From IMG/VR virus record IMGVR_UViG_3300045988_162879: a DNA stretch of 42,031 nucleotides. The stretch is one strand, 5' to 3'. Positions 41,029 through 42,031 of the stretch are shown one piece after another. A model generated the notes under the pieces. That model saw only the letters and a list, made by a program, of their open reading frames with translations, did no database searches and was not told where the DNA came from. Position 1 is the stretch's first letter, and every line of letters starts with the position of its first letter. The stretch is from a virus. Made by a program: the position numbers and the translations under genes.

Positions 41029-42031
41029 TTGAAAAATGCAAACGGATATGGCAGCATCACCAAACTAAAAGGTAATCGCCGTAAACCATATATGGTTAGA
41101 ATAACCGTAGGACGAGATGAAAACGGTTTTCCTATAAGAAAGGTATTAGGATACTACTCGTCAAAAGCTAATGCCGTGGCGGCTCTCTCCGACTATAACA
41201 GAGAGCCTTATGATATTGCAAGTAGGAAATTAACTTTTTCGGATATATATAATAAATGGATAGAAACAAAAGAATTCGATAAGCTGTCAAAAAGTGCTCA
41301 AAAATGTTATAAAGCGGCATACAAAAAATATGAAATCATCCACAATAAAGTGTTCGCCACACTAAAAATATGCGATATGCAAAATTGTATTGATGATAAC
41401 GAAAGCGGATATACTTCTAACAGAGATATGAAAAACCTCGTAAGCAAATTATATCAATACAGCATGGTACAGGAAATAGTATCGCAGAACAAAGCTAAAA
41501 TGCTTGATGTAGGTTCTCCGGCAAAGACAAAAGGTGCAAGAATACCGTATTCTGATGAAGAAATCGATACACTTTGGAAGCATACAGATGACGACATTGT
41601 AAAACTGATTTTGATATACATTTATACCGGCGTAAGATGCAATGAATTACTTTACCTCAAAAAAGAAAATTTACATCTTGATGAGCAGTATTTTGAAGTA
41701 GTTAAAAGTAAAACTGATTCAGGTATTAGAATAGTGCCTATTGCTGATATCATTGTTCCTTTTTTCAAATACTTTTGCGATAAATCACAAAGTCAATGGG
41801 TTATAACAGCCGAATATGGTGGCAGACTTGCTGACAGTTGGTACAGAAAACAACAGCAAAGTGTATTAACTTCATTATCGATGAAACACACTACGCATGA
41901 GGCTCGACACACTTGCATTACTCAAATGACAATACATAATGTAAATGAAAGTGTTATAAAAGAGATAGTCGGACACAAATCAGCTCAATCGTTTACAGAA
42001 AGAGTTTACACTCATATTTATTTAAAGACAA
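41029..42031 (+). CDS. int: Tyrosine integrase, N-terminal 334 codons (the ORF continues at nt 1..115 of the circle; 344 aa in total)
   Basis: TTG start lies 9 nt after AGAAGGG. The nearby ATG at 41036 is out of frame and stops after 10 codons. MKNANGYGSITKLKGNRRKPYMVRITVGRDENGFPIRKVLGYY is an arm-binding N-terminal domain. ..TTHEARHTCITQM.. is also present. The ORF is absent from the track because it has no stop inside the window. Confidence 0.9.
   Translation, partial: MKNANGYGSITKLKGNRRKPYMVRITVGRDENGFPIRKVLGYYSSKANAVAALSDYNREPYDIASRKLTFSDIYNKWIETKEFDKLSKSAQKCYKAAYKKYEIIHNKVFATLKICDMQNCIDDNESGYTSNRDMKNLVSKLYQYSMVQEIVSQNKAKMLDVGSPAKTKGARIPYSDEEIDTLWKHTDDDIVKLILIYIYTGVRCNELLYLKKENLHLDEQYFEVVKSKTDSGIRIVPIADIIVPFFKYFCDKSQSQWVITAEYGGRLADSWYRKQQQSVLTSLSMKHTTHEARHTCITQMTIHNVNESVIKEIVGHKSAQSFTERVYTHIYLKT
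41949..42031. repeat. Right copy of the 83-bp exact terminal overlap (identical to 1..83)
   Basis: Base-by-base comparison of both window ends. Confidence 0.95.

Overview
This window looks like one complete temperate phage genome, assembled as a circle. Nt 1..83 are identical to nt 41949..42031, and that repeat bisects the integrase ORF, giving a unit length of about 41,948 bp. The sequence is AT-rich with Firmicutes/Clostridia-style RBSs (GGAGG/AAGGAG) and many ATGA/TAATG coupled gene junctions. Nearly all genes are on the minus strand. Only the lysogeny module is on the plus strand: a CI-like repressor, a membrane protein and the integrase.

Modules, in window order:
- attP region (116..480)
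- Stand-alone DUF2971-like moron with its own promoter (484..1446)
- Lysis cassette (1568..3607)
- PBSX/XkdK-XkdU-like contractile tail and baseplate (3607..15793), including a -1 frameshift tail chaperone
- Head-tail joining, capsid and scaffold genes (15795..19402)
- MuF/SPP1-gp7 head protein fused to an ADP-ribosyltransferase toxin domain, plus a small coupled gene (19578..21370)
- Portal, TerL and TerS (21370..24850)
- Late-control point (25027..25520)
- Block of small Cys-rich early genes, an HExxH peptidase, a GIY-YIG fusion and a DUF3850-like gene (25517..28535)
- Methylation module: C5-MTase and an SNF2-helicase/N6-N4 MTase fusion (28542..33077)
- Replication and recombination genes: RusA, replisome organizer with internal iterons, SSB, RecT, DUF1351-like, and a YqaJ-like exonuclease interrupted by one in-frame TGA (33067..37834)
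- Genetic switch: Xis-like HTH, Cro-like, CI-like (38155..39670)

No rRNA gene, complete tRNA gene, CRISPR array or transposase was seen. All family names come from motifs read by eye in the supplied translations. No database search was run. Starts were refined from the ORF track where an RBS or a start/stop overlap supports it, because the track uses the longest ORF including TTG/GTG starts.
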